A stretch of 64,000 nt of DNA from Clostridia bacterium (GCA_017560905.1 JAFZEA010000023.1:8718-72717); one strand, 5' to 3'; shown: positions 45,557 through 54,903, counted from the stretch's first letter. Notes: generated by a model not told the origin, from the sequence alone. Numbers and translations are program-made.

Positions 45557-47233
45557 ATGGCTTATAAAACCGACATTGAAATTGCACAGGAATGTGTTAT
45601 GCGTCCCATTACCGAGATCGCTGCGGCGGCTCACGTGGACGAAAAATACATTGAGCAGTACGGCAAATATAAAGCAAAGATCGACCTCAGCCTTTTAAAG
45701 GAAACCGACCGTCCCGACGGCAAACTGATCTTGGTGACCGCCATTACCCCCACCCCTGCGGGTGAGGGTAAGACCACCACGACCATCGGTCTGGCGGATG
45801 GTATGAAGCGCATCGGTAAGGATGTTACCGTCGCTCTCCGTGAGCCCTCTCTCGGTCCCGTATTCGGTATCAAGGGTGGCGCTGCAGGCGGCGGCTATGC
45901 ACAGGTAGTGCCGATGGAGGATATCAACCTGCATTTCACCGGTGACTTCCATGCCATCGGTGCGGCCAACAACTTGCTGGCGGCTATGTTGGACAACCAT
46001 ATTCAGCAGGGTAACGCTCTGGGTATCGATGTTAAAAAGATCACCTGGAAGCGCTGTGTGGATATGAATGACAGACAGCTCAGAAACGTAATCGATGGTC
46101 TGGGCGGCAGAATGCAGGGTGTCCCCCGCGAGGACGGTTTTGACATCACCGTTGCCAGTGAAATTATGGCAGTGCTTTGCCTGTCCTCCTCTATTACCGA
46201 CCTCAAAGAAAGACTGGCTCGTATCATCGTCGGTTACACCTATGATGACAAGCCCGTGACCTGCGGTCAGCTCAAAGCGGCAGGTGCTATGACTGCTTTG
46301 CTCAAGGATGCCATCAAGCCCAATCTTGTACAAACATTGGAAGGTACACCCGCATTCGTTCACGGCGGTCCTTTTGCCAACATTGCTCACGGTTGTAACT
46401 CCGTTATGGCCACCAAGCTGGCTCTTAAGATGGGTGATTACACCGTGACCGAGGCAGGATTTGGCGCAGATCTCGGCGCTGAAAAGTTCCTAGATATCAA
46501 GTGCCGTATGGCAGGACTTACCCCTGATGCCGTAGTTATGGTCGCCACTGTCCGCGCGCTCAAGATGCACGGCGGTCTGGCCAAAACAGAGCTGGGCAAC
46601 GAAGATCTGGCGGCACTGGAGAAGGGTATTCCCAACCTTCTGCGTCATGTTTCCAATATCAAAAACGTTTATAAGCTGCCTTGTGTGGTTGCGGTTAACC
46701 GTTTTCCCACCGACACTGACAATGAGATCGAGTTTATCATTGCCAAGTGTAAGGAACTGGGTGTCAACACCGTTCTGTCCGATGTATGGGCCAAGGGCGG
46801 CGAAGGCGGCATTGAACTTGCCAAAGAAGTGGTACGTCTTTGCGAAGAAGAGCAGGGCGACTTTACCTTCTCCTACGAATTGGACGGCACCATCGAGGAC
46901 AAGATCGAAGCTGTGGTACAAAAGGTCTACGGTGGTAAGGGCATCAATGTTCTGCCTGCCGCTAAAAAGCAGATCGACCAGTTGACTTCTCTCGGATTTG
47001 ACAAGTGTCCCGTATGTATGGCAAAGACGCAGTACAGCTTTTCCGACGACCCTGCAAAGCTGGGCGCGCCTGAGGACTTTACCGTGACGATCAAAAACGT
47101 CAAGGTTTCTGCAGGTGCCGGATTTGTCGTTGTGTTGACAGGTGATATTATGACAATGCCGGGACTTCCCAAGTCTCCCGCTGCCGAGCGTATCGATGTT
47201 GACGAAAACGGTAAGATCACCGGATTATTCTAA
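45557..47233 (+). CDS. fhs: formate--tetrahydrofolate ligase
   Basis: [13 protein letters not shown]-loop and 558 aa. It lies 21 nt after purL. Confidence 0.96.
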   Translation: MAYKTDIEIAQECVMRPITEIAAAAHVDEKYIEQYGKYKAKIDLSLLKETDRPDGKLILVTAITPTPAGEGKTTTTIGLADGMKRIGKDVTVALREPSLGPVFGIKGGAAGGGYAQVVPMEDINLHFTGDFHAIGAANNLLAAMLDNHIQQGNALGIDVKKITWKRCVDMNDRQLRNVIDGLGGRMQGVPREDGFDITVASEIMAVLCLSSSITDLKERLARIIVGYTYDDKPVTCGQLKAAGAMTALLKDAIKPNLVQTLEGTPAFVHGGPFANIAHGCNSVMATKLALKMGDYTVTEAGFGADLGAEKFLDIKCRMAGLTPDAVVMVATVRALKMHGGLAKTELGNEDLAALEKGIPNLLRHVSNIKNVYKLPCVVAVNRFPTDTDNEIEFIIAKCKELGVNTVLSDVWAKGGEGGIELAKEVVRLCEEEQGDFTFSYELDGTIEDKIEAVVQKVYGGKGINVLPAAKKQIDQLTSLGFDKCPVCMAKTQYSFSDDPAKLGAPEDFTVTIKNVKVSAGAGFVVVLTGDIMTMPGLPKSPAAERIDVDENGKITGLF

Positions 47234-47270
47234 ACCCTTACCATTCAAAACTATAAAAAGGTGTTTGTCT

Positions 47271-47312
47271 TGGCGTTGTGTTCTAAAGGACACAACGCCA
47301 GTTTTATTTTTT
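47271..47312 (+). terminator. Rho-independent terminator of the pur-fhs operon
   Basis: tggcgttgtgt (47271-81) pairs with acacaacgcca (47290-300), followed by ttttatttttt. It is nested inside a 15-bp inverted repeat (47255-69 / 47342-56). Confidence 0.85.
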
Positions 47313-47429
47313 GTGCTTCTTTTTTAGGGCACAACCCATAGGACAAACACCTTTTTTGCATACGGAAAAACGGCTGTTGGTTTCGCAATGTGTTTTTTTG
47401 TAAAAACTCTTTAAAAATAAATATTTAGG

Positions 47430-47438
47430 TGTTATAAT
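47430..47438 (+). promoter_or_regulatory. Extended -10 element (TGtTATAAT) upstream of murT
   Basis: tgttataat lies 34 nt upstream of ATG 47473. The -35 is weak. Confidence 0.4.
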
Positions 47439-47472
47439 AATTTCTGTAAAGTAATATATAGGAGTTGATGAT

Positions 47473-48789
47473 ATGAGATTTGCTCTGACTGCACTGTTGT
47501 GTAAGGCACTGAGCATAGCGGGTAAGTTGTTGGGCGGCGGCACCGATCTGCCGGGCAAAATTGCACTGAAAATGTATCCGCGCGTTATGAAAAAGCTGAA
47601 ATTTGACGGCAAAGTGTTGGCTATCACCGGCTCTAACGGTAAGACAACCACTGCCAACATCGTGGCACACGTTCTCCGCGAAAACGGCTACAGTGTTGTC
47701 AATAACGAGTTGGGATCCAATATGACCAGCGGTATTGCTTCCACGCTGTTGTGTGCGTGTACTCTGGGCGGCAGGATCAAGGCAGATTATGTCGTACTGG
47801 AAGTGGACGAGTGTTACAGCCGCTTTATATTCAAAGATCTGCGCATCGATTATTATTTGATACTTAATCTTTTGCGAGATCAGGTGGTGCGTAACGGTCA
47901 TCCCGATCTGGTCAGCACCAAAATTGTCGAGGCCATTGCCGCACAGCCTGAGATGACGCTCATTCTTAATGCTCAAGAGCCCATTTCGCAAAATCTGGCA
48001 GGGGACAACTACGCGGTATACTTTGCTATGGATCGCACCGAGCGTTCTACCGACAACTGTGTCAGCGGCACCCACGATGCCAAGATCTGTCCTCGTTGCT
48101 TCCACGAAATGAAGTACGAATTTTTCCACTACAATCATCTGGGTAATTTTGCTTGTACCCACTGTGATTATCAGAGTTTTCATCCCGATTTTTTGGCCAC
48201 CGACGTTGACTTTGAAAATAGGACGATTACCATCAACGGCGAACAGATCTCCGTGACTTACAACACCACCTTTAATATGTTCAACACCGTAGCCGCCGCT
48301 GCGCTGGCACTGACGGCAGGCGTGAGTATGGAGGAGTTTAAAAAAGGCGTAGCCACCTTCGGCGGTGCTAAGGGACGACTGGATACCTTTGACTTTGAGG
48401 GAAGAAAGGTCACCCTGATGATGACCAAGCAAAACGCCGCATCGCTTGACCAGTCCATTTCTTTTGTGTTGGAGCAAGCGGGGGATAAGAGCGTAGTGCT
48501 GTTTATCAACAACGTATTGTATCTTGACTATAAGGATATTTCCTGGTTATATGATGTGGCATTTGAAAGACTGCACGGTAAGGTTAAAAATATTCTTTGT
48601 ACCGGTAACCGTGCACTGGATGCTGCCGTTTGTATCAAGGCCTGCGATTTTGACAGTCGGACACTGCATTATGAGAATGACCTGTCCAAGATCAAAGAGG
48701 CTTTCCGCAATACTGAGGGCGATATCTATATCCTCGCCGCTTCTGCTTTCGGTCACGAGGGCAAGATCATAGAGGAGTTGAAAAAATGA
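47473..48789 (+). CDS. murT: MurT-like Mur ligase family protein (lipid II isoglutaminyl synthase ligase-subunit homologue)
   Basis: ITGSNGKTTT P-loop, the Cys4 ribbon CPRC...CTHC and a DUF1727-like C-terminus (DISWLYDVAFE). 438 aa. Confidence 0.8.
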   Translation: MRFALTALLCKALSIAGKLLGGGTDLPGKIALKMYPRVMKKLKFDGKVLAITGSNGKTTTANIVAHVLRENGYSVVNNELGSNMTSGIASTLLCACTLGGRIKADYVVLEVDECYSRFIFKDLRIDYYLILNLLRDQVVRNGHPDLVSTKIVEAIAAQPEMTLILNAQEPISQNLAGDNYAVYFAMDRTERSTDNCVSGTHDAKICPRCFHEMKYEFFHYNHLGNFACTHCDYQSFHPDFLATDVDFENRTITINGEQISVTYNTTFNMFNTVAAAALALTAGVSMEEFKKGVATFGGAKGRLDTFDFEGRKVTLMMTKQNAASLDQSISFVLEQAGDKSVVLFINNVLYLDYKDISWLYDVAFERLHGKVKNILCTGNRALDAAVCIKACDFDSRTLHYENDLSKIKEAFRNTEGDIYILAASAFGHEGKIIEELKK

Positions 48790-49502
48790 GAAACATAAAA
48801 ATATTGCATATTTATTCCAAGGCGCTTGATTTGTACGGAGATTATAAAAATCTGACAGTCCTCTCCCAGCGCATCCGCGAGACCGGCAACCAAGTGGAGA
48901 TCATCACCGCAGAACTTTTTGAAAACTTAGAGTTTTCGGGCTTTGATATGGTGTATATCGGTCATGGTAAGGTGAAGAATCTGGCGGCCGTGGCGGCTCA
49001 CTTTGTTCCCTACGCAGACAAGGTAAAAGAGCAGATCGAAAACGGACAGGTCTGGTTTGTTACCGGTAATGCTTCGGAGCTTTTTGGTCAGAGTTTTACC
49101 ACCCCCGACGGCGGGGAAATCAAGGGCATCGGCCTGTTTGACTATAAGGGCGTGGAAACCAATAAAGTATTTGTTTCTGATATGATCGGCCGTCCCGTAT
49201 TTGACAAAGAGGAAACCGTCTACGGTTTTGCCAACCGCACAGCGTATCTGGAGGGCGAGAACAAATATCCGCTCTTTGAGGTAATAGACGGCTTTTCAAA
49301 CGGCAAGACCCCTGACGGCAAGGAAGGCACGCTGTATAAAAACTTTTTTGCCACTTGGTCTATGGGACCGGTATTGTCCCGCAACCCCGCGCTGATGCGA
49401 GAGATTTTAAAACGCCTCTTAAAAGAGGACTACAAAGAATGTGATTATACTCTGGAGCAGCAGGCACTTGAACTGGTGTTGGCAGAGTTTAAGAAAGGAT
49501 AA
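48786..49502 (+). CDS. GatD-like CobQ/CobB-type glutamine amidotransferase homologue with substituted catalytic residues
   Basis: It overlaps murT by 4 nt. LDLYGDYKN and FTTPDGGEIKGIGLFDY align with GatD, but the nucleophile position reads TGNASE instead of CGGYQ, and the His position reads WSMGP instead of YLHGP. Confidence 0.7.
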   Translation: MRNIKILHIYSKALDLYGDYKNLTVLSQRIRETGNQVEIITAELFENLEFSGFDMVYIGHGKVKNLAAVAAHFVPYADKVKEQIENGQVWFVTGNASELFGQSFTTPDGGEIKGIGLFDYKGVETNKVFVSDMIGRPVFDKEETVYGFANRTAYLEGENKYPLFEVIDGFSNGKTPDGKEGTLYKNFFATWSMGPVLSRNPALMREILKRLLKEDYKECDYTLEQQALELVLAEFKKG

Positions 49503-49507
49503 TTGCT

Positions 49508-50920
49508 ATGGAACAAAAACTTGAACGCAAACTCAGTCCGCTCAACGTCTGGGCGTTGGCACTGGGCAGTATCATCGGTTGGGGCGCTTTCGTTATGCCC
49601 GGTAACACCTTTTTGCCCAACGCCGGTCCTGCCGGTACGGCGATCGCAATGGGTATTGCGGCGCTCATTATGATCTCGATCGCCTTTAACTACAACTATA
49701 TGATCAACAAGTACCCCGTTGCGGGCGGTGAATTTACCTACACCGAAAAGTCTTTTGGTAAAATTGCCGGTTACATATGCGCGTGGTTTTTGGGGCTGTC
49801 GTATCTTGCCATCGTTCCGCTCAACGCAACTGCGCTGGCACTGATCGGCAGAAACCTGTTTCCCGCTGTATTCCAGTGGGGTGAACTCTACACCGTAGAG
49901 GGATATACCATCTATGCAGGTGAGGTACTGCTCGCTGTGGTGGCTCTGGTACTTTTTGCGCTGATAAGCATCAGAGGTATCAGCGTGGCGGGTAAGTTCC
50001 AGACGGTTCTGGCTTTGCTGCTCGTTGGCTCGGTTGCCCTGCTGGGCGTGGCGGCGTTGATCTCCGATAAGGCAACGCTTACTCATATGATGCCTGCATT
50101 TCAGAGTAATGCGGCAGGCAATATCAATATCGGCGGCATTATCGCTGTCATAGCGGTAGCCCCTTGGGCATTTGTCGGTTTTGACTCCATTCCGCAGGCC
50201 AGTGAGGAGTTTAACTTCTCTCCCAAAAAGACCAAGATCATTATGGTGCTTTCCATTATTTTCGGTGGTCTGCTGTATGTGGTTCTCAATACCATCACTG
50301 CCGCAGTCGTTCCCGATGGTTATGCCAACTGGAGCGAATATATCGCAGAGTTTAAGAGTCTGGAGGGCATCTCCGCACTGCCTACCTTCAATGCGGCCGA
50401 AGAATTGTTGGGCATTCCCGGACTGATCGTATTGGCCGTGGCACTGTTCTGTGCCGTTCTCAGCGGTATCGTCGGCTTCTATATGGCCACCAGCCGCTTG
50501 CTTTATTCCGTGGCAAGAGAGGGCATTCTCCCTGCCGCATTTGCCAAACTGCACCCCAAGTATAACACACCCTATGTCGCCATTCTCTTTATTATGATCA
50601 TTTCTTTGATCGCGCCTTGGTTTGGCAGAGAGGTATTGGGTTGGGTCGTAGATATGTCTTCTATCGGTGCGGCCATTGGTTACGGATTTACATCGCTGGC
50701 CACATTTGCTACCCTGCAGAGATGCAAAGAAAAAAGTATAGGCCTGCGCATCAACGCCATTATCGGCGCGCTGTTCTCCCTTGCATTCGTGGCACTGTTG
50801 CTCAGCCCCGCTTCTTTAGGCTTCGGAGGACTCAGCATGCCTGCCCGAATTGCACTGGCGGTCTGGGTAGTACTGGGTATCGTATTTTTCTTTGTTGCCA
50901 AAAAAGGGAAGAAGGTATAA
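49508..50920 (+). CDS. APC-family amino acid permease
   Basis: 470 aa, about 12 TM. The N-terminus is L..LNVWALALGSIIGWGAF. Confidence 0.85.
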   Translation: MEQKLERKLSPLNVWALALGSIIGWGAFVMPGNTFLPNAGPAGTAIAMGIAALIMISIAFNYNYMINKYPVAGGEFTYTEKSFGKIAGYICAWFLGLSYLAIVPLNATALALIGRNLFPAVFQWGELYTVEGYTIYAGEVLLAVVALVLFALISIRGISVAGKFQTVLALLLVGSVALLGVAALISDKATLTHMMPAFQSNAAGNINIGGIIAVIAVAPWAFVGFDSIPQASEEFNFSPKKTKIIMVLSIIFGGLLYVVLNTITAAVVPDGYANWSEYIAEFKSLEGISALPTFNAAEELLGIPGLIVLAVALFCAVLSGIVGFYMATSRLLYSVAREGILPAAFAKLHPKYNTPYVAILFIMIISLIAPWFGREVLGWVVDMSSIGAAIGYGFTSLATFATLQRCKEKSIGLRINAIIGALFSLAFVALLLSPASLGFGGLSMPARIALAVWVVLGIVFFFVAKKGKKV

Positions 50921-50943
50921 ATCTTGCTGTTTTTTAAAAACGC

Positions 50944-51087
50944 TTGTATAAAAACAATGGTAGGGAGGACATCCCCAACGGACAGATCCTCGTAGATGAG
51001 GGTAAGATCGTTGCGGTGGGTACGGATATAGCGGTACCTGCAGGCCATTCCTCGTCACGGAAACGGAGCCACCCGTATCAATGTTGA
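50944..51087 (+). pseudogene. N-terminal fragment of an amidohydrolase-superfamily gene
   Basis: The frame reads LYKNNGREDIPNGQILVDEGKIVAVGTDIAVPAG, a typical amidohydrolase N-terminal beta-sandwich, then unrelated residues and a stop at 51085-87. Confidence 0.5.
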
Positions 51088-51368
51088 TGGAGAGCAGTGA
51101 ACCGTTGATGAGAGCGATTCAAAAGAATTTACAGCGTTGCGGTTTGCGCACGACAGAGAATTTGTCTATGGTTTTGGGTGGCAGTGAGGATGTGTCTTAT
51201 ATGATCAACCGTGTGCAGGAGCGGGGCGGACAAGCTTCCTTTATGCGCCTGCTCACCGATATGGCAGGACCTGCGCATAACCCAAACTTTGATTTTGATG
51301 AGCGGGTATTGGTCAACGGCGTGTGCGCTCTTGCAGGATACGTTCTCTTTGGCGATAAGGAATTTTAG
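51081..51368 (+). pseudogene. C-terminal fragment of an M20-family amidohydrolase/peptidase gene
   Basis: GGSEDVSYM...GPAHNPNFDFDERVLVNG is the C-terminal signature of M20D amidohydrolases. Only about 95-120 codons remain, and the frame is open back to 51006. Confidence 0.55.
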
Positions 51369-51405
51369 TATAAACCGTAAAGTTATAACACTTTACATAG
51401 ATTTG

Positions 51406-51437
51406 ACAAAAAGGCACTCGTAAGAGTGCCTTTTTTG
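51406..51437 (+). terminator. Rho-independent terminator
   Basis: aaggcactc (51411-19), gtaa loop, gagtgcctt (51424-32), followed by a T-run. Confidence 0.85.
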
Positions 51438-51463
51438 CGTATACTAAAGTTGAGGTGATGAAC

Positions 51464-52777
51464 ATGCATCAATCCATTTGGAAAGAAACCAAGCTAGCGT
51501 CCTTTCCTCGGCTGACAGAAAACAAGAAAACCGACGTGCTGATCATCGGCGGCGGTTTGTGCGGTGTGCTGTGCGCCTATTATCTGAAGCAGGCAGGAGT
51601 GGACTGCCTGTTGGTGGAAGGCGACCGCATTGGGTCGGGCGTAAGCGGCAATACCACGGGTAAGGTTACGTGGTTGCAAGGGCTGGTCTATTCCGATCTC
51701 ATTCAAAAATACGGTCGGGAAAAGGCGCAAATGTATCTGCGCTCACAGCAAGAGGCACTGAGAGAATATGAAAAATTGTCTGATGCCTACGACTTTGACT
51801 TTGAAAAGCGCAGTGCCTATACCTATTCACTTAAAAGTAAAGAGGGGGTGGAGCGAGAGGGAATCGCTCTGCGCGCATTGGGGGCTGAGGTACACCTCAG
51901 TGCAGCAGAGGAACTCCCCTTTAAAACACAAGGGACGCTGTGCGCCGCAGAGCAGGGACAGCTCAATATCATAAAACTGTTGCGGCATCTGACGCGTGAC
52001 ATTACCGTTTTTGAGCACACGTTTGTAAAGAATATTACCGCTGAGGGAGTATATTTTCATCACGGTGTTATATGTGCCAAGAATATTATTGTCGCCACTC
52101 ATTTTCCCTTTGTTGACCGATGGGGCGGTTATTTTCTCAAGCAGTATCAGCACCGCTCTTATGTGCTTGCACTAAAAAATGCCCCGCGGATCAAGGGCAT
52201 GTATGTTGACGAAGCGGATAAGGGTATGTCGTTTCGCTCTTATGGGGATACGCTGTTGCTGGGTGGCGGCGGACACCGTACGGGCAAGCGGGGCGGAGGC
52301 TTTGAGGAAGTTGAAAATTTTGTTCGCTCGTATTATCCCAAAGCCAAGGTCGTCACTTGCTGGGCCACACAGGACTGTATGACACTGGACCGCTTGCCTT
52401 ATATCGGACAGTATTCTTCCAAAACACCAAACATATTTGTAGCTACGGGATTTAATAAATGGGGGCTGACCAATTCTATGGCGGCGGCCCTGCTGCTCAG
52501 GGACAGCATTTTGGGCAAAAAGAAGGACTGGGACTTGGTATTCTCGCCGCGGCGCTCTGTGCTTCATCCGCAGTTTTTTATCAACCTTGGGGAAACGGCG
52601 GGTAATATGATATTGCCGCTGCCAAAGCGTTGTTCACATCTGGGGTGCGCTTTGCACTATAATAAGGCAGAACATTCCTGGGATTGCCCCTGTCACGGCT
52701 CTCGGTTTTCCGAAAACGGCAAGGTTCTCGACAATCCCGCCGACCGCCCTGCGAATGTAAAATCTCATTTTCATTAA
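51464..52777 (+). CDS. FAD-dependent oxidoreductase with a C-terminal Rieske [2Fe-2S] domain (YhfW-like)
   Basis: DVLIIGGGLCG dinucleotide motif and the Rieske motif CSHLGC...CPCHGS. ATG 51464 lies 6 nt after gaggtg. 51455 and 51458 are alternatives. Confidence 0.85.
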   Translation: MHQSIWKETKLASFPRLTENKKTDVLIIGGGLCGVLCAYYLKQAGVDCLLVEGDRIGSGVSGNTTGKVTWLQGLVYSDLIQKYGREKAQMYLRSQQEALREYEKLSDAYDFDFEKRSAYTYSLKSKEGVEREGIALRALGAEVHLSAAEELPFKTQGTLCAAEQGQLNIIKLLRHLTRDITVFEHTFVKNITAEGVYFHHGVICAKNIIVATHFPFVDRWGGYFLKQYQHRSYVLALKNAPRIKGMYVDEADKGMSFRSYGDTLLLGGGGHRTGKRGGGFEEVENFVRSYYPKAKVVTCWATQDCMTLDRLPYIGQYSSKTPNIFVATGFNKWGLTNSMAAALLLRDSILGKKKDWDLVFSPRRSVLHPQFFINLGETAGNMILPLPKRCSHLGCALHYNKAEHSWDCPCHGSRFSENGKVLDNPADRPANVKSHFH

Positions 52778-52814
52778 AACAGCTGACAAGGGAAAAGCCT
52801 TGCCAGCTGTTTTG
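52776..52814. terminator. Bidirectional terminator
   Basis: acagctgacaagg (52779-91) pairs with ccttgccagctgt (52798-810) with one mismatch, flanked by aaa and tttt. Confidence 0.75.
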
Positions 52815-52836
52815 AGGATACCCAAATGGTTTTGCT

Positions 52837-53388
52837 CTATATCTTGAATTTTTTGACGAAAGAAGGATGCAGGTATTTGTAGATAAGCACGCCCAAAAAT
52901 GCACCCAACGTATTGAGCATAAAATCGTCAATATCGGTATAGCGGGGCAGGGCGAGCTGTAAAAGTTCGATCAGCAGGGAAGTGCCGCTGCCCAACAGTA
53001 CGACCTGCCACGGCTTGATTTTCCACAGTAGGGGGATGAGCAGGCCGGGCGGTAAAAAAATACCGATGTTGCCAAGACAGTTGATGATAAAATATTCGTA
53101 ATTTTTGTAGGAAGAAAGTTTAACAAACTGAAAGGGTTGCAGATTGATTCCGCTGAGTCCCTTGTATTCCAGTATCAGTGTACCGCCACTCAGTGTCAGC
53201 CGCGGCAGCAGAGTGTGAGCGGCAAGACCTGTCAGACACATTACCAGCAGCATCAGCCCTACCTCGTGATAAGGGTTGAAGCGTCGGGGGTGTATCTTGC
53301 AGTACAGTACCCTTGCCAATATGCCCATCGGTAGAGCCGATAACATAAAGGGAAGGACAGTAACGATATATTCTAAAATTGCGTTCAT
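52837..53388 (-). CDS. VanZ-family membrane protein
   Basis: Multi-TM protein with LLIELLQLALPRYTDIDDFMLNTLGAFLG, matching the VanZ signature E..Q...P.R..D..D...N..G. Confidence 0.75.
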   Translation of the reverse strand: MNAILEYIVTVLPFMLSALPMGILARVLYCKIHPRRFNPYHEVGLMLLVMCLTGLAAHTLLPRLTLSGGTLILEYKGLSGINLQPFQFVKLSSYKNYEYFIINCLGNIGIFLPPGLLIPLLWKIKPWQVVLLGSGTSLLIELLQLALPRYTDIDDFMLNTLGAFLGVLIYKYLHPSFVKKFKI

Positions 53389-53461
53389 AAATACCTCTTT
53401 TCAAAATAAGAAGTATTAAGATAGTATCAAAAAAATTCCTGTTTGTAAAGAGAAAACTCAG

Positions 53462-53494
53462 CAAAAAGAGGCGATTGCAGTTGCAATCGCCTCT
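53462..53494 (-). terminator. Rho-independent terminator (minus strand)
   Basis: agaggcgattgca (53467-79) pairs with tgcaatcgcctct (53482-94). The U-run on the minus strand is the reverse complement of aaaaa at 53463-67. Confidence 0.8.
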
Positions 53495-53508
53495 CTAAGG
53501 ATATGATT

Positions 53509-53814
53509 TTATTCGATTACGGTTACTTTTCCGTCCTCATATTCCCAATGCTTGGTCATACGAATGGGCTTGATGTTTCCGTCCTCGCCAAATTCCATAA
53601 CATCCAGACACATAAAGCGTCCGTTGCCGTCGGTGACGTTGTTGTCGTGGCTTGTCCAGTGAGTGAGGGCTTTGCTGGTCCAACATACTTGATTTTTTTG
53701 TTCATCAAAAGGGAGTGATACGGTGGCATAGATCACATATTGTCCCTCATAAATGCGAGCTTCCGGATCGGCAAACCAACCATTGTCGATGGGATTTTTG
53801 ATTGTAAATTTCAT
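53509..53814 (-). pseudogene. Internally deleted GH43-like glycoside hydrolase remnant
   Basis: MKFTIKNPIDNGWFADPEARIYEGQYVIYAT is a GH43 N-terminus and ALTHW follows. The protein then ends after about 100 aa with a C-terminal-like segment (GEDGNIKPIRMT). No convincing RBS. Confidence 0.45.
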
Positions 53815-53868
53815 AGGAAACACTTCTTTGGTTTTTCGCATGATGAATTGTTTGTATCGATGAAACGA

Positions 53869-54669
53869 TTAAGGACGCAGACCCATACCACCCTCGAGGG
53901 TCAGTGTCTCACCGTTGAGGTATTTGAAGTCGGGGTTTGCCAGTTGTACGCATACTCTGCCGATTTCGGTTTCGGGATCGCCGAAGTGACCCGCGGGCGG
54001 CATTTTAACGTTGGCCTTAAAGGCTTCGGGATAGGCTTTTTCAAAGTTTTCCAGCTGTGCCGTCCAGGCTAGAGGGCAGATGACGTTGGTATTGATGCCG
54101 TCTTTTGCCCATTCGGTAGCGGCTACACGGCTGAGACCTCTGATGCCTTCCTTGGCAGCGGCGTAGGAACACTGACCGTAGTTGCCGAACAGACCGGCAC
54201 CGGAGGCAAAGTTAATAACGGAACCCTGAGTTTCCTTAAGATAGGGATAGCAAGCCTTCATGTAGTAAAAAGTGGCGTACAGACCGGAATACATAGCAAG
54301 ATCAAACTGCTCGGTGGTGTGATCCTGAATGGTGACACCGGAGGCAGAGGCCTGTGCGTTGTTGATGAGAACGTCAATTCTGCCAAAGGCTTCAATGGCG
54401 GCATCCACTACACTTTTGGCAGTGGCTTCGTTGTCGGTGCCGGCAGAGATGTCGGCGGCCAGTGCCAGCACTTTGATGCCGTACAGCTTTTCCAATTCTT
54501 CTTTTGCTTTCTCAAGCTTAGCTACGTTTCTGCCGGTAATGACGATATTGGCGCCTTCTTTGGCAAAAGCGGTGGCGATTCCGTAGCCGATAGAGCCGCA
54601 CTTGCCGTCGGAAAGAACGGCGTATCCACCGCCGGTGATAACGGCAGTTTTACCTTTTAAAAAACTCAT
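53869..54669 (-). CDS. SDR-family oxidoreductase
   Basis: TAVITGGG...GIG cofactor motif, NNAQ, and the Y..AK active site (YAAAKEG). Confidence 0.88.
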   Translation of the reverse strand: MSFLKGKTAVITGGGYAVLSDGKCGSIGYGIATAFAKEGANIVITGRNVAKLEKAKEELEKLYGIKVLALAADISAGTDNEATAKSVVDAAIEAFGRIDVLINNAQASASGVTIQDHTTEQFDLAMYSGLYATFYYMKACYPYLKETQGSVINFASGAGLFGNYGQCSYAAAKEGIRGLSRVAATEWAKDGINTNVICPLAWTAQLENFEKAYPEAFKANVKMPPAGHFGDPETEIGRVCVQLANPDFKYLNGETLTLEGGMGLRP

Positions 54670-54903
54670 ATTGTATATTTCCTTTCACAAATAAAGTTTT
54701 ATATTTTCTATATTATTATACCAAAGATTTGTGTAAAGGTAAAGCGATTTTTTCGAATCCTGATTTGACTATAATAAGGGGATATAGTATAATGAATTTA
54801 ACGAAAATTACTATTTGCTTTCGGGGGCCTATGAGTGAATATTTGACAAAAATCATTGATAATCTGCAGCGCATCGAAGCCGAAGAGGCAGGCACACTGT
54901 CGA

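Noticed and set aside
25170-45634. Many long antisense ORFs opposite the pyr/pur genes (for example 25170-25973, 27210-28184, 28206-29699, 31064-32008, 32131-33939, 36017-36769, 36837-37688, 39354-40763, 40666-41805, 42920-43861, 43907-45634)
   Set aside because: Each lies opposite a confidently identified biosynthetic gene. They reflect the codon bias of the sense strand (few stops in the antisense frame). None has RBS/start context or family motifs.
47425-50554. Antisense ORFs 47425-48477 and 49445-50554
   Set aside because: They lie opposite murT and the APC permease respectively. They are shadow ORFs with no supporting signals.
51403-51446. TTGACA ... TATACT pair flanking the terminator at 51406-51437
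   Set aside because: The spacer is about 29 nt and contains the terminator hairpin, which is incompatible with a sigma-A promoter. The hexamer matches are probably fortuitous.
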